DNA from: Parabacteroides sp.
GTDB taxonomy: Bacteria > Bacteroidota > Bacteroidia > Bacteroidales > Tannerellaceae
Direction: 5' to 3'
Assembly: GCA_051870655.1 (NCBI GenBank)
Contig: JBJECC010000082.1
Location: 1 to 50,908, forward strand
Length of the DNA stretch: 50,908 bases
Made by a program: the position numbers and the translations under genes. The notes under the pieces are model-generated. The model saw only the letters and a program-made list of their open reading frames with translations, was not told the origin of the DNA and searched no databases. Positions 36,390-46,735 of the stretch are shown here, piece by piece (position 1 is the first letter of the stretch; each line of letters starts with the position of its first letter).

Positions 36390-39128
36390 ATGGATGCACA
36401 CCAAATGTTTTTCAGAAGAATCGGCGGATGGATGTTGGTCCTTTGGACCACCGTCGGAACACTGCAGGCACAGACTGCCGACCGGGCGATGACTATCGAC
36501 GATTTAGTGTCGTGGGAGCGCATTTCCCGTCAGGCCATTTCTGACGATGGCCGTTGGGTGGCCTGCCAGATGGAGCCTTGGGAGGGGGACGCGACCGTGT
36601 TGCTGTATGCCTCGGACGGAAAAGAAACGGCCCGTTTTCATCCTGCCAACAGTTTTCAATTCTCAGCGTCGTCACGCTTTTTGATTGTCAAGGAGAACCC
36701 GGCCCTCCGTGTCGTGGACTCCCTGAAGTTGAAGAAGACGAAGAAGGAGAAGATGCCGATGGACCGTTTGGTGATCCGGCCTGTGGACGGCACATCGGAA
36801 ACGATCGACTCGCTGCGTAGTTTCCAACTGGCTGAGGCTGCCGACTGGATTGCGTATCAGCGTGGACGGACCGATTCGACGCTGTATGTGCGTTCGTTGG
36901 ACGGAGCGCGGCAATACACGTTCCCGGCCGTGACGTCGTATCGTTTTGCCAAGAAAAGCGGCATGCTGGCCTTTACGCGGGTTGACAGTGCCCAGGCCGG
37001 CCTCTATACGTTGGACCCCACGCAGGGCGTGCCGCAACCGATCCGCTCCGGCAAGGGTGAGTATCGCCATGTGACCTTTGACGAGCAAGGCACACGGCTG
37101 GCATTCCTCTATTGTGCAGACAAGGATTCGGCCAGCAAGGCCCTTGCGCTTTATCTTTCCGAGAAACAGGCTCCCGCACGGGAGATTGCCACCCGTGGCC
37201 ATCAGGCCCTTCCGGCCGGCTGGGTCATCGGCGAGCCGGGAGAACAGAGCGAGCTGCGTTTCTCGAAGTCGGGCACCCGTCTTTACTTTGCTACCCGGCC
37301 CGAACCCCGTCAGAAAGATACGACGCTGTTGGAAGAGAAACGTCCCAACGTGCAGGTGTGGAGCTGGAACGAGCCTGTGCAATACACCGTGCAGGAATAT
37401 AACAAGAAGACCGATCTGAAAAAGTGCTATCAGGCGGTCTATCATCTCTCTACCGGAGCTGTGGTGCAGTTGTCCGATCCGGATCTGCCGCACTGCCAGC
37501 TGGCGGATGAGGGCGACGGCGACTGGGCTCTGCTCTCCACTTCGACGCCCTATTCCCTCTCCTCCATGTGGGAAGGACGTACCCGTAGCGACTATTACAC
37601 CGTGCAGGTGACGACAGGCAAGCGTACGTTGCTGGCGACAGCCGATTATGGCCGTTACCGGCTCTCCCCTGCCGGCCGATATGCCTATTGGTATGGCGAG
37701 ACCGACAGCTGCTGGTACACCCGTACCTTGCCGGAGGGCACGTTACACCGCCTCACCACGCCGCAGAGCTTCGGCGCCTGGGATGTGCAGAACGATGTGC
37801 CCGACTATCCGCGTGCCTATGGCGCAGACGGATGGACCGCCCGGGATGAGGCGCTTCTTCTGTATGATCAGTATGATCTTTGGCGTTTTGATCCGACGGG
37901 TGCCGCTGCACCGGTGAATCTGACCCGTGACGGACGTTCGTCCCGTCGCTCCTATCACCGGCTGTCACTCGACAAGGAGGCGCGTACCGTCGATCTGAGT
38001 CAGAAACAGCTGCTTCAGGCGTTTGACGAACAGACAAAGGGATACGCCTACTACGAAGCGCGACTGGATGGAAAATCGGCTCCCAAGCGGCTGTTGGGCG
38101 GCGATTATATGCTACGGACCTTAGTGAAGGCCAAGCAGACGGACGATGTGGTCTATACGATCGAACGGTACGACCAGTTCCCCGACCTGTATCATTCGAC
38201 CACCGCTTTCAAGCAGTCGGTCCGACTGACCGACGGGAAGGCCCAGCAGGCGCGTTTCACCTGGGGCACGGCGGAACTGATCCGCTTCACTTCGTTAGAT
38301 GGCCGGGAAGTGGAGGGCGTTGTGTATAAACCCGCCGGCTTCGATCCGCAGAAACAGTATCCGTTGCTTGTCAATTTCTATGAAACCAACTCCGAGACGT
38401 TGCACAACTTCCGTATGCCGGAGGCGCACCGTTCTACGATTGATTATCATTATTATAATAGCCATGGCTATGTGGTGTTCAATCCCGATGTCCACTATCG
38501 CGACGGCTATCCCGGCGAGAGCTGCTACAACTGTGTGATGGCCGGTGTGCAGGAGCTGATCCGCAGCGGATATATCGATCCCAAACGCATCGGAGCCAGC
38601 GGCCACAGCTGGGGAGGCTATCAGACAGCCTATTTGGCTACGCGTACCAACCTGTTCGCCGCCTTCGAGAGCGGTGCGCCGGTGGTGAATATGTTCAGTG
38701 CCTACGGCGGCATCCGTTGGGGCTCCGGTCTGGCCCGCGCGTTCCAGTACGAGCATACGCAAAGCCGTCAGGGCGGCACACCCTGGAGCACGCCGATGCG
38801 CTATTTCTCCAATTCTCCCCTCTTTTCGATGGACAAGGTGCAGACACCGATTCTGATCATGCACAACGATGCGGACGGCCATGTGCCTTGGTATCAGGGC
38901 ATCGAATTCTTCGTGGCCATGAAGCGCCTGGGCAAGACCTGCTGGATGCTCAACTACACGGGGGAGCCTCACTGGCCTACGCGGATCGCCAACAAAAAGG
39001 ATTTCCAGACCCGCATGGCACAGTTCTTCGACCACTATCTGAAGGGGGCTCCGATGCCCAAGTGGATGGCGGAAGGCGTGCCCGCTGTAGAACAGCCTTA
39101 TGAACTGGGATATGACTTGCCGGAATGA
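36390..39128 (+). CDS. S9 prolyl oligopeptidase family serine peptidase, exported
   Basis: Signal peptide, beta-propeller-like N-terminal region, GHSWGGY nucleophile, HNDADGHVPWYQG, GEPHW; -7 TAACTTTG at 36339-36346. Confidence 0.92.
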   Translation: MDAHQMFFRRIGGWMLVLWTTVGTLQAQTADRAMTIDDLVSWERISRQAISDDGRWVACQMEPWEGDATVLLYASDGKETARFHPANSFQFSASSRFLIVKENPALRVVDSLKLKKTKKEKMPMDRLVIRPVDGTSETIDSLRSFQLAEAADWIAYQRGRTDSTLYVRSLDGARQYTFPAVTSYRFAKKSGMLAFTRVDSAQAGLYTLDPTQGVPQPIRSGKGEYRHVTFDEQGTRLAFLYCADKDSASKALALYLSEKQAPAREIATRGHQALPAGWVIGEPGEQSELRFSKSGTRLYFATRPEPRQKDTTLLEEKRPNVQVWSWNEPVQYTVQEYNKKTDLKKCYQAVYHLSTGAVVQLSDPDLPHCQLADEGDGDWALLSTSTPYSLSSMWEGRTRSDYYTVQVTTGKRTLLATADYGRYRLSPAGRYAYWYGETDSCWYTRTLPEGTLHRLTTPQSFGAWDVQNDVPDYPRAYGADGWTARDEALLLYDQYDLWRFDPTGAAAPVNLTRDGRSSRRSYHRLSLDKEARTVDLSQKQLLQAFDEQTKGYAYYEARLDGKSAPKRLLGGDYMLRTLVKAKQTDDVVYTIERYDQFPDLYHSTTAFKQSVRLTDGKAQQARFTWGTAELIRFTSLDGREVEGVVYKPAGFDPQKQYPLLVNFYETNSETLHNFRMPEAHRSTIDYHYYNSHGYVVFNPDVHYRDGYPGESCYNCVMAGVQELIRSGYIDPKRIGASGHSWGGYQTAYLATRTNLFAAFESGAPVVNMFSAYGGIRWGSGLARAFQYEHTQSRQGGTPWSTPMRYFSNSPLFSMDKVQTPILIMHNDADGHVPWYQGIEFFVAMKRLGKTCWMLNYTGEPHWPTRIANKKDFQTRMAQFFDHYLKGAPMPKWMAEGVPAVEQPYELGYDLPE

Positions 39129-39271
39129 GAAATGAATAATTTCTTTCCGTGGGCAAGAAAAGCAGGGAATATTTTGTTCTATTTAGGGAATTAGCATATC
39201 TTTGCGAAACGCTGAAGGGCATTTAAGAAAGCATTTTCTAAATACCATTAAATAACTTAAATTATTATCTT

Positions 39272-39994
39272 ATGTGGTTACTTAATTCTTCTATCGGGAA
39301 GAAGCTGATAATGAGCTTATCTGGTATCTTCCTTATTCTGTTTTTGTTGTTCCACCTGTCCATGAACGTGGCGGCAGTCTTCTCAGGCGAGGCTTACGAC
39401 ATGATTTGTGGCTTCTTGGGCTCTAACTGGTATGCGGTGGCAGGTACATTGGTGTTGGCTGCCGGTTTCGTGATTCACATTCTGTATGCTTTCGTGCTGA
39501 CGTTGCAGAACCGCAAGGCACGCGGTAACGACCGCTATGCGGTCAATGCACGTCCGAAAGGTGTGGAATGGGCTTCTCAGAACATGTTGGTGTTGGGTAT
39601 CATCGTGATCCTGTTCGCGATCCTGCACTTCTCACAGTTCTGGTATCACATGATGTTTGCCGAACTGATCGGTCATCATGAAGTGACTTTGTGCGACGGA
39701 TCTGTCGTTTCTCCGCAGAGCGGCTCCGCGTTCATCAACTTCTACTTCAAGGGTAATCTGCTGTTCACCATCCTCTATCTGGTTTGGTACGCTGCCCTGT
39801 GGTTCCATTTGACTCACGGATTCTGGAGTGCTATCCAGACAATCGGTTGGAACAATACCGTATGGATGAGCCGTTGGGAGTGCATCTCCAAGTGGGTTGC
39901 CACGATCATCTGCTTAGCTTTCGCAATCATCACGATTATTTTCTTCCTGAACGGAGTGGGCGGCAGCTGCTGCGCAGCTTCAGGATGCTGCTAA
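39272..39994 (+). CDS. sdhC: Succinate dehydrogenase/fumarate reductase cytochrome b subunit
   Basis: SSIGKKLIMSLSG, FHLSMN, IHI, LHFSQFW, FHLTHGFWSAIQTIG; -7 TATCTTTG at 39197-39204. Confidence 0.93.
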   Translation: MWLLNSSIGKKLIMSLSGIFLILFLLFHLSMNVAAVFSGEAYDMICGFLGSNWYAVAGTLVLAAGFVIHILYAFVLTLQNRKARGNDRYAVNARPKGVEWASQNMLVLGIIVILFAILHFSQFWYHMMFAELIGHHEVTLCDGSVVSPQSGSAFINFYFKGNLLFTILYLVWYAALWFHLTHGFWSAIQTIGWNNTVWMSRWECISKWVATIICLAFAIITIIFFLNGVGGSCCAASGCC

Positions 39995-40036
39995 TGCGAA
40001 ATAATATATGGTCTAATTGAAAAGAAATATCATAGT

Positions 40037-41980
40037 ATGGCTGAAATAAATTCAAAAATACCTCAAGGCCCGTTGGCTGAGAAGTGGACAAATTATAAAG
40101 CTCACCAGAAATTGGTGAACCCTGCCAATAAGCGTCGTCTGGACATTATCGTTGTCGGTACAGGTCTGGCGGGTGCATCTGCTGCCGCCTCATTGGCAGA
40201 AATGGGATTCAATGTGTTGAACTTCTGTATTCAGGACTCTCCGCGTCGTGCTCACTCTATCGCAGCACAGGGCGGTATCAACGCTGCCAAGAACTATCAG
40301 AACGACGGTGACTCCGTGTATCGTCTGTTCTACGATACGATCAAGGGTGGTGACTACCGTGCACGCGAAGCCAATGTCTATCGTCTGGCTGAAGTGTCAA
40401 ACTCGATCATCGACCAGTGCGTGGCTCAGGGTGTTCCGTTCGCTCGTGAATATGGTGGATTGCTGGACAACCGTTCATTCGGTGGTGCACAGGTATCGCG
40501 TACGTTCTATGCCCGTGGCCAGACGGGTCAGCAGCTGTTGTTGGGCGCTTACTCTGCATTGAGCCGTCAGATCGGTTTGGGCAAAGTGAAGATGTTCACC
40601 CGCCACGAGATGCTGGACGTAGTGAAGGTGGATGGCCGCGCACGTGGTATCATCGCCCGCAACCTGATCACAGGTAAGATCGAGCGTTTCGCCGCTCATG
40701 CCGTAGTGGTGGCAACCGGTGGTTACGTCAACACCTTCTTCTTGTCAACCAACGCAATGGCATCCAACGGTTCTGCTGCATGGCAGTGCTACAAGAAGGG
40801 TGCTTACTTCGCTAACCCCTGTATGGTGCAGATCCACCCGACCTGTATTCCGGTGAAGGGTGACTTCCAGTCCAAGCTGACATTGATGTCTGAGTCATTG
40901 CGTAACGACGGCCGTATCTGGGTGCCGAAGAAGCTGGAAGATGCCAAGGCATTGCAGGCCGGTACAAAGAAGGGCAAGGATATTCCTGAAGAGGATCGCG
41001 ACTACTATCTGGAGCGTCGTTATCCGGCCTTCGGTAACTTGGTTCCGCGTGACGTGGCTTCACGTGCCGCTAAAGAGCGTTGCGATGCCGGCTACGGCGT
41101 GAACAACACAGGCTTGGCTGTGTTCCTGGACTTCTCTGACGCGATCAACCGTCTGGGTAAAGAGGTCGTTAAGCAGAAATACGGCAACTTGTTCGATATG
41201 TATGAGGAGATCACGAACGACAATCCGTACGAGACTCCGATGATGATCTATCCGGCCCTCCACTACTCGATGGGTGGTCTGTGGGTTGATTATGAATTGA
41301 TGACTTCCGTACCGGGCTTGTTCGCTATCGGTGAGGCCAACTTCTCTGACCACGGTGCAAACCGTCTGGGTGCTTCTGCGTTGATGCAGGGATTGGCTGA
41401 CGGTTACTTCGTATTGCCCTACACCATCCAGAACTATCTGTCAGACCAGATCCAGGTGCCGCGTTTCAGCACCGATCTGCCGGAGTTTGCAGCTGCTGAG
41501 AAGGCTATCCAGGAACGTATCAACAAGTTGATGAACATCAAGGGTAAAGAGACCGTTGATACCATCCACCGGAAACTGGGTCACATCATGTGGGAATACA
41601 TCGGTATGGCTCGTGATGCAAAGGGCTTGAACGAGGCTATCAACAAGCTGAAAGAGCTGAAGAAGGAATTCTGGAGCAATGTATTCATCCCGGGCAAGGC
41701 TGATTCTCAGAACACCGAGTTGGAGAAGGCGTTGCGTTTGGCTGACTTCATCGAGATCGGTACTTTGATGGCTCACGATGCGTTGGATCGTGCTGAATCT
41801 TGTGGTGGTCACTTCCGTACGGAACACCAGACAGAAGAGGGCGAAGCACTCCGTCATGACGATCAGTTCATGTATGTCTCTTGCTGGGAATACCAGGGCG
41901 ACGAGAAGGATCCGGTGATGCTGAAAGAGCCGCTGAATTATGAATTCGTAGTGCCGCAGACACGTAACTACAAGAAGTAA
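40037..41980 (+). CDS. sdhA: Succinate dehydrogenase/fumarate reductase flavoprotein subunit
   Basis: [57 protein letters not shown]. Confidence 0.97.
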   Translation: MAEINSKIPQGPLAEKWTNYKAHQKLVNPANKRRLDIIVVGTGLAGASAAASLAEMGFNVLNFCIQDSPRRAHSIAAQGGINAAKNYQNDGDSVYRLFYDTIKGGDYRAREANVYRLAEVSNSIIDQCVAQGVPFAREYGGLLDNRSFGGAQVSRTFYARGQTGQQLLLGAYSALSRQIGLGKVKMFTRHEMLDVVKVDGRARGIIARNLITGKIERFAAHAVVVATGGYVNTFFLSTNAMASNGSAAWQCYKKGAYFANPCMVQIHPTCIPVKGDFQSKLTLMSESLRNDGRIWVPKKLEDAKALQAGTKKGKDIPEEDRDYYLERRYPAFGNLVPRDVASRAAKERCDAGYGVNNTGLAVFLDFSDAINRLGKEVVKQKYGNLFDMYEEITNDNPYETPMMIYPALHYSMGGLWVDYELMTSVPGLFAIGEANFSDHGANRLGASALMQGLADGYFVLPYTIQNYLSDQIQVPRFSTDLPEFAAAEKAIQERINKLMNIKGKETVDTIHRKLGHIMWEYIGMARDAKGLNEAINKLKELKKEFWSNVFIPGKADSQNTELEKALRLADFIEIGTLMAHDALDRAESCGGHFRTEHQTEEGEALRHDDQFMYVSCWEYQGDEKDPVMLKEPLNYEFVVPQTRNYKK

Positions 41981-42009
41981 TCAACACACAACACAAAAAT
42001 TAGAATCAA

Positions 42010-42765
42010 ATGGATAAAGATATAAATGTCACACTAAAAGTTTGGCGTCAGCGAGGCCCGAAGGAGAAAGGACAATTCGAGACCTACCAAATGAAGAACA
42101 TCAACCAGAGTATCTCTTTTCTGGAGATGTTGGATATTTTGAACGAACAGTTGGTGAACGAGGGGAAAGAACCGATCGTGTTTGACCACGACTGCCGCGA
42201 AGGTATCTGCGGTATGTGTTCTTTGTATGTGAACGGTCATCCGCACGGACCGGCTACGGGAGCGACTACTTGCCAGCTCTATATGCGCCGTTTCCACGAC
42301 GGAGAGACGATCACGATCGAACCGTGGCGTTCTGCCGGATTCCCGGTGATCCGCGACTTGATGGTCGATCGTTCCGCATACGACAAGATCATCCAGGCGG
42401 GTGGTTTCGTATCTGTCAACACAGGTGGTGTGCCTGATGCCAACTCCACTCCGATCTCCAAGAAGAACGCTGATCTGGCCATGGACGCAGCCGCTTGTAT
42501 CGGTTGTGGTGCCTGTGCAGCCGCTTGTAAGAACGGTTCTGCCATGTTGTTCGTATCTGCCAAGGTGAGCCAGTTGGCCTTGCTGCCTCAGGGTCGCGTA
42601 GAGGCTGCCCGCCGTGCGAAAGCCATGGTAGCCAAGATGGACGAACTGGGCTTCGGTAACTGTACGAACACTCGTGCATGCGAAATGGAGTGTCCGAAGA
42701 ACATCTCTGTCAGCAACATCGCACGTTTGAACCGTGAGTTTATCTGTGCAAAATTGAGCGATTAA
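42010..42765 (+). CDS. sdhB: Succinate dehydrogenase/fumarate reductase iron-sulfur subunit
   Basis: [33 protein letters not shown]. Confidence 0.97.
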   Translation: MDKDINVTLKVWRQRGPKEKGQFETYQMKNINQSISFLEMLDILNEQLVNEGKEPIVFDHDCREGICGMCSLYVNGHPHGPATGATTCQLYMRRFHDGETITIEPWRSAGFPVIRDLMVDRSAYDKIIQAGGFVSVNTGGVPDANSTPISKKNADLAMDAAACIGCGACAAACKNGSAMLFVSAKVSQLALLPQGRVEAARRAKAMVAKMDELGFGNCTNTRACEMECPKNISVSNIARLNREFICAKLSD

Positions 42766-42787
42766 GTAATCACACGATAATCGGGTG

Positions 42788-42826
42788 AAGGAGGGTGCAA
42801 CGGGTTTGTACCCTCCTTTTGTTTTT
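42788..42826 (+). terminator. Intrinsic terminator of sdhCAB
   Basis: AAGGAGGGTGCAA-cgggt-TTGTACCCTCCTT followed by a T-rich tract. Confidence 0.85.
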
Positions 42827-42896
42827 CTTAGCAAAGTGATAACGTTAATTAATAGGAATGATGGTGCGGATCATGCAATTGTCCGTACTTTTGCAC

Positions 42897-42977
42897 TGTG
42901 GTTTTTTCATAATAGTATTAGATTTAAGGTTAACAAAGTTGATTAGGGCTTGTCGGGAGACAGGCTTTAATTTTTTG
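42897..42977 (+). ncRNA. Candidate intergenic small RNA (~80 nt)
   Basis: Own -7 element TACTTTTG (42886-42893) downstream of the sdh terminator; U-rich 5' half; 13-bp stem 42942-42971 with GGGA tetraloop followed by a U-run; no plus-strand ORF. Confidence 0.65.
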
Positions 42978-42987
42978 TATATATACA

Positions 42988-43023
42988 GAAAAATCCCCCG
43001 TTCTCGAGAAAGAACAGGGGATT
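42988..43023 (-). terminator. Intrinsic terminator of the glyS-FKBP operon
   Basis: A-run then AATCCCC..GTTCT-cgagaa-AGAAC..GGGGATT hairpin. Confidence 0.7.
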
Positions 43024-43045
43024 ACAATCAAATATAGGTGAGACT

Positions 43046-43582
43046 TTAGTATATAATTGTTTCTCCGTTACGGATAATGTTGACGACTTCCATTTCAAAA
43101 TGCAGGGCTGAGAAGGGCAGAATGGAGGAACTGCCGGAGTAGGAATAACCCAACTCCTGCGGGATCCAGGCTTCCCAACGGTCTCCGATGTGCATATATT
43201 GCAATGCAGTTGCCCAGCCGCTGACTACTCCGGAAACGGCGAATACACGGGGCTCCTGATAGGGCGGCTCGCACGTGTCGAACTCCACATCGTCGATCGT
43301 CTTGCCCGTGTAATAGACAGTCACGCTGTCTGTATAGTAGATCTGTGTCGTTCCGTTTCCCTCTTTCAGCACTTTGATGTAGATGGAACCGTCGTTGCCT
43401 TGCGATTTGAGCGCTGTATAGTTCGGATCTGTCGCAATTTTCTGGATAGCTTGCTCATTTTCTGCTTTCCAATCCGCATACTGCTCCAACAACTCCGCAT
43501 ACGATAACGTATCATCATCACCACAGGAAACGGCCCAGAACGCACACAGGCAAATCCAGGCTATGAAACCGAACTTCTTCAT
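43046..43582 (-). CDS. FKBP-type peptidyl-prolyl isomerase lipoprotein
   Basis: Lipobox AVSC; KVLKEGNG, VTVYYTG...FD, VVSGWATALQYMHIGDRWEAWIPQELGY, LPFSALHFEMEV. Confidence 0.9.
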   Translation of the reverse strand: MKKFGFIAWICLCAFWAVSCGDDDTLSYAELLEQYADWKAENEQAIQKIATDPNYTALKSQGNDGSIYIKVLKEGNGTTQIYYTDSVTVYYTGKTIDDVEFDTCEPPYQEPRVFAVSGVVSGWATALQYMHIGDRWEAWIPQELGYSYSGSSSILPFSALHFEMEVVNIIRNGETIIY

Positions 43583-43586
43583 ACGC

Positions 43587-45131
43587 TTATTCAATGATTT
43601 TCTTCAACAAATTCTTCATGCTTACTTTCTCGCTGATGATCTCATGCAGCTTGTCGATAGAGACACGCTCCTGCTCCATCGTGTCGCGGAAACGGATGGT
43701 GACGCAGTTGTCCACCAACGTGTCGTGATCGACGGTGATACAGTAGGGTGTTCCGATGGCATCCTGACGGCGATAACGCTTTCCGATGGAGTCCTTCTCG
43801 TCGTATTGGCAACGGAAGTCGAAACGCAGCATGTTGACGATCTCTTCGGCCTTTTCGGGCAGTCCGTCCTTTTTGACCAACGGCAGCACAGCCAGCTTGA
43901 TCGGAGCCAGTGCAGCAGGCAATTTCAGCACGACGCGGCTCTCTCCGTTCGGCAGCTGCTCTTCGCAGTAGGATCCCGCCATGATGCTCAGGAAGACACG
44001 ATCGACACCGATAGAGGTCTCGATCACGTACGGTGTATAGCTCTGGTTCAGTTCCGGATCGAAATACTGGATCTTCTTGCCGGAGAATTTCTCGTGCTGG
44101 CTCAGGTCAAAGTTCGTACGGCTGTGGATTCCCTCCACCTCCTTGAAGCCGAACGGCATCTCAAACTCGATGTCGGTGGCTGCGTTGGCGTAGTGAGCCA
44201 GCTTCTCATGGTCGTGATAGCGATACTTCTCATCGCCCAGACCCAGCGCCTTATGCCATTTCAGACGGGTCTCTTTCCATTTCTTGAACCATTCGATCTC
44301 CTCACCCGGACGGACGAAGAACTGCATCTCCATCTGCTCGAACTCGCGCATACGGAAAATGAACTGACGAGCCACGATCTCGTTGCGGAACGCCTTACCG
44401 ATCTGGGCGATACCGAACGGAATCTTCATACGGCCTGTCTTCTGTACATTCAGGAAGTTGACGAAGATGCCCTGGGCAGTCTCCGGACGCAGATAGACCT
44501 TCATGGCACCGTCTGCCGTCGAACCCATCTCTGTGGAGAACATCAGGTTGAACTGACGTACGTCGGTCCAGTTGCGTGTGCCGGAAATCGGGCAGACGAT
44601 CTCGCAATCCAGAATCAACTGACGCAGATCCTCGAAGTTGGAGTCGTTCATATCTTTTGAATAGCGGGCATGGATCTCATCCCATTTAGCCTGATATTCC
44701 AGTACGCGCGGGTTGGTGGCGCGGAACTGGGCTTCGTCGAATTTTTCGCCGAAACGTTTGGCAGCCTTGGCAATCTCCTTGTTGATCTTCTCTTCGATCT
44801 TGCCCAGGTGATCCTCAATCAGGACATCAGCGCGATAGCGCTTCTTGGAATCTTTGTTGTCGATCAGGGGATCGTTGAACGCATCCACATGGCCGGAAGC
44901 CTTCCAGATGGTCGGATGCATGAAAATAGCCGAGTCAATGCCTACTACATTCTCGTGGAGCAAAGTCATGCTGTCCCACCAATATTTTTTGATATTATTT
45001 TTCAGCTCAACGCCATACTGTCCATAATCATACACCGCTCCCAAACCGTCATAAATCTCAGACGAGGGGAATACGAATCCATATTCCTTGCAATGCGACA
45101 CCAATTTCTTAAAAACATCTTCTTGTGCCAT
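43587..45131 (-). CDS. glyS: Glycine--tRNA ligase (homodimeric type)
   Basis: YGFVFPSSEIY, WKASGHVDAF, YLRPETAQGIF, GKAFRNEI, FRMREFEQME, SIGKRYRRQDAIGTPY; start MAQEDV. Confidence 0.97.
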   Translation of the reverse strand: MAQEDVFKKLVSHCKEYGFVFPSSEIYDGLGAVYDYGQYGVELKNNIKKYWWDSMTLLHENVVGIDSAIFMHPTIWKASGHVDAFNDPLIDNKDSKKRYRADVLIEDHLGKIEEKINKEIAKAAKRFGEKFDEAQFRATNPRVLEYQAKWDEIHARYSKDMNDSNFEDLRQLILDCEIVCPISGTRNWTDVRQFNLMFSTEMGSTADGAMKVYLRPETAQGIFVNFLNVQKTGRMKIPFGIAQIGKAFRNEIVARQFIFRMREFEQMEMQFFVRPGEEIEWFKKWKETRLKWHKALGLGDEKYRYHDHEKLAHYANAATDIEFEMPFGFKEVEGIHSRTNFDLSQHEKFSGKKIQYFDPELNQSYTPYVIETSIGVDRVFLSIMAGSYCEEQLPNGESRVVLKLPAALAPIKLAVLPLVKKDGLPEKAEEIVNMLRFDFRCQYDEKDSIGKRYRRQDAIGTPYCITVDHDTLVDNCVTIRFRDTMEQERVSIDKLHEIISEKVSMKNLLKKIIE

Positions 45132-45305
45132 AATAACGCTATAAAATTTAAATTCTAACCTATTGGGGTGCAAAGTAAATGATTTTTTCCGTAGTAATCA
45201 CTCTACATTTCCGGCAATTCGCCTGTTTTTATTCATTACGACGTTATTTTTCTTACCTTTGCTTTCAAATGAATATATGTTTTACTTAAATCAACTCGCA
45301 ATAGC

Positions 45306-46730
45306 ATGAAATCTGAAGATTTATCCCGGCGCTCGTTTTTGAAACGGGTCGCTTTGTTGTCGGCTGCGGCCTCTGTTCCCTCATTTTGGATCCCGGCAAA
45401 AGGCATGACGCCTCGTGTCAGCGCAAACGACAAGGTGAATATTGCTTTTATCGGAATCGGACAGCGTGGCGGTGAAATCGCCAAGGAATTGTATAATACA
45501 GGACTTTGTAACGTGGTGGCTCTCTGTGACGTAGATATGGGCGCCCCGCACACGCAGGAACTCATGAACATGTTCCCCAAGGCTGCCCGTTTCCAGGACT
45601 TCCGGAAGATGTTCGAGAAGATGGCTGACAAGATCGATGCCGTGACGGTCGGTGTGCCGGACCACTCCCACTTCCCCATCTCCATCGAGGCGATGAGCTA
45701 CGGCAAACATGTCTATGTGGAGAAACCGATGGCCCGTACGTTCCAGGAGATTGAAATCATGATGCGGGCTGCCAAGAAATACAATGTCGTGACGCAGATG
45801 GGTAATCAGGGACACTCCGAGGCCAACTATTTCCAGTTCAAGGCGTGGAAAGAGGCCGGCATTATCAAGGATGTGACGGCGATTACGGCTCACATGAACA
45901 GCTCACGCCGTTGGCACGGCTGGAACCCGCGCATCAAACACATGCCGATGGGCGAGCCGAAGCCCGATACGTTGGATTGGGACACATGGATCGGCGTGGC
46001 TCAATATCACGACTATAATCACGACTATCATTTGGGCCAGTGGCGTTGCTGGTACGACTACGGCATGGGCGCATTGGGCGACTGGGGTGCACACATCCTC
46101 GACACGGCGCACGAGTTCCTGGAACTGGGCTTGCCCACCGAGGTGAATCCGCTCTATCTCAAGGATCACAATCCCTTCTTCTTCCCCATGTCTTCTACGA
46201 TTCTTTTCCGCTTCCCGGAGCGCAAGGGCATGCCGGGCGTGGATGTCACTTGGTATGACGGATTGGACAATATCCCGGCCGTGCCGGAAGGATACGGCGT
46301 TTCCGAACTGGATGCCAACATCCCGACTGTGGCAGGCGGCAAGATCCAGCCGGCCAAATTGAATCCGGGCAAGGAAATCTACTCCAAGGATCTGATCTTC
46401 AAAGGCGGATCGCACGGAAGTACGCTTTCCATCATTCCGGAAGAGAAGGCAAAAGAGATGGCTTCCCGATTGCCGGAAGTGCCGAAGAGTCCCTCCAATC
46501 ACTATGCCAACTTCCTGCTCAGCTGTATGGGCAAGGAGCAGACCCGTTCACCGTTCCACATTGCCGGCCCGTTGAGCCAGGTGTTCTGCCTCGGTGTGCT
46601 GAGCCAACGTCTGAATCGCAAGCTGGTCTTCGACCGCGACACGAAACAGATCACCAACGATCCGGTTGCCAACGAGATGCTGTGTGGCCTGCCACCGCGT
46701 AAGGGTTGGGAACAGTATTACAACATTTGA
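45306..46730 (+). CDS. Gfo/Idh/MocA-family oxidoreductase with Tat signal
   Basis: SRRSFLK twin-arginine motif; IGIGQRG, PDHSH, HVYVEKP, QMGNQG, GALGDWGAHILD. Confidence 0.92.
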   Translation: MKSEDLSRRSFLKRVALLSAAASVPSFWIPAKGMTPRVSANDKVNIAFIGIGQRGGEIAKELYNTGLCNVVALCDVDMGAPHTQELMNMFPKAARFQDFRKMFEKMADKIDAVTVGVPDHSHFPISIEAMSYGKHVYVEKPMARTFQEIEIMMRAAKKYNVVTQMGNQGHSEANYFQFKAWKEAGIIKDVTAITAHMNSSRRWHGWNPRIKHMPMGEPKPDTLDWDTWIGVAQYHDYNHDYHLGQWRCWYDYGMGALGDWGAHILDTAHEFLELGLPTEVNPLYLKDHNPFFFPMSSTILFRFPERKGMPGVDVTWYDGLDNIPAVPEGYGVSELDANIPTVAGGKIQPAKLNPGKEIYSKDLIFKGGSHGSTLSIIPEEKAKEMASRLPEVPKSPSNHYANFLLSCMGKEQTRSPFHIAGPLSQVFCLGVLSQRLNRKLVFDRDTKQITNDPVANEMLCGLPPRKGWEQYYNI

Positions 46731-46735
46731 AAACA

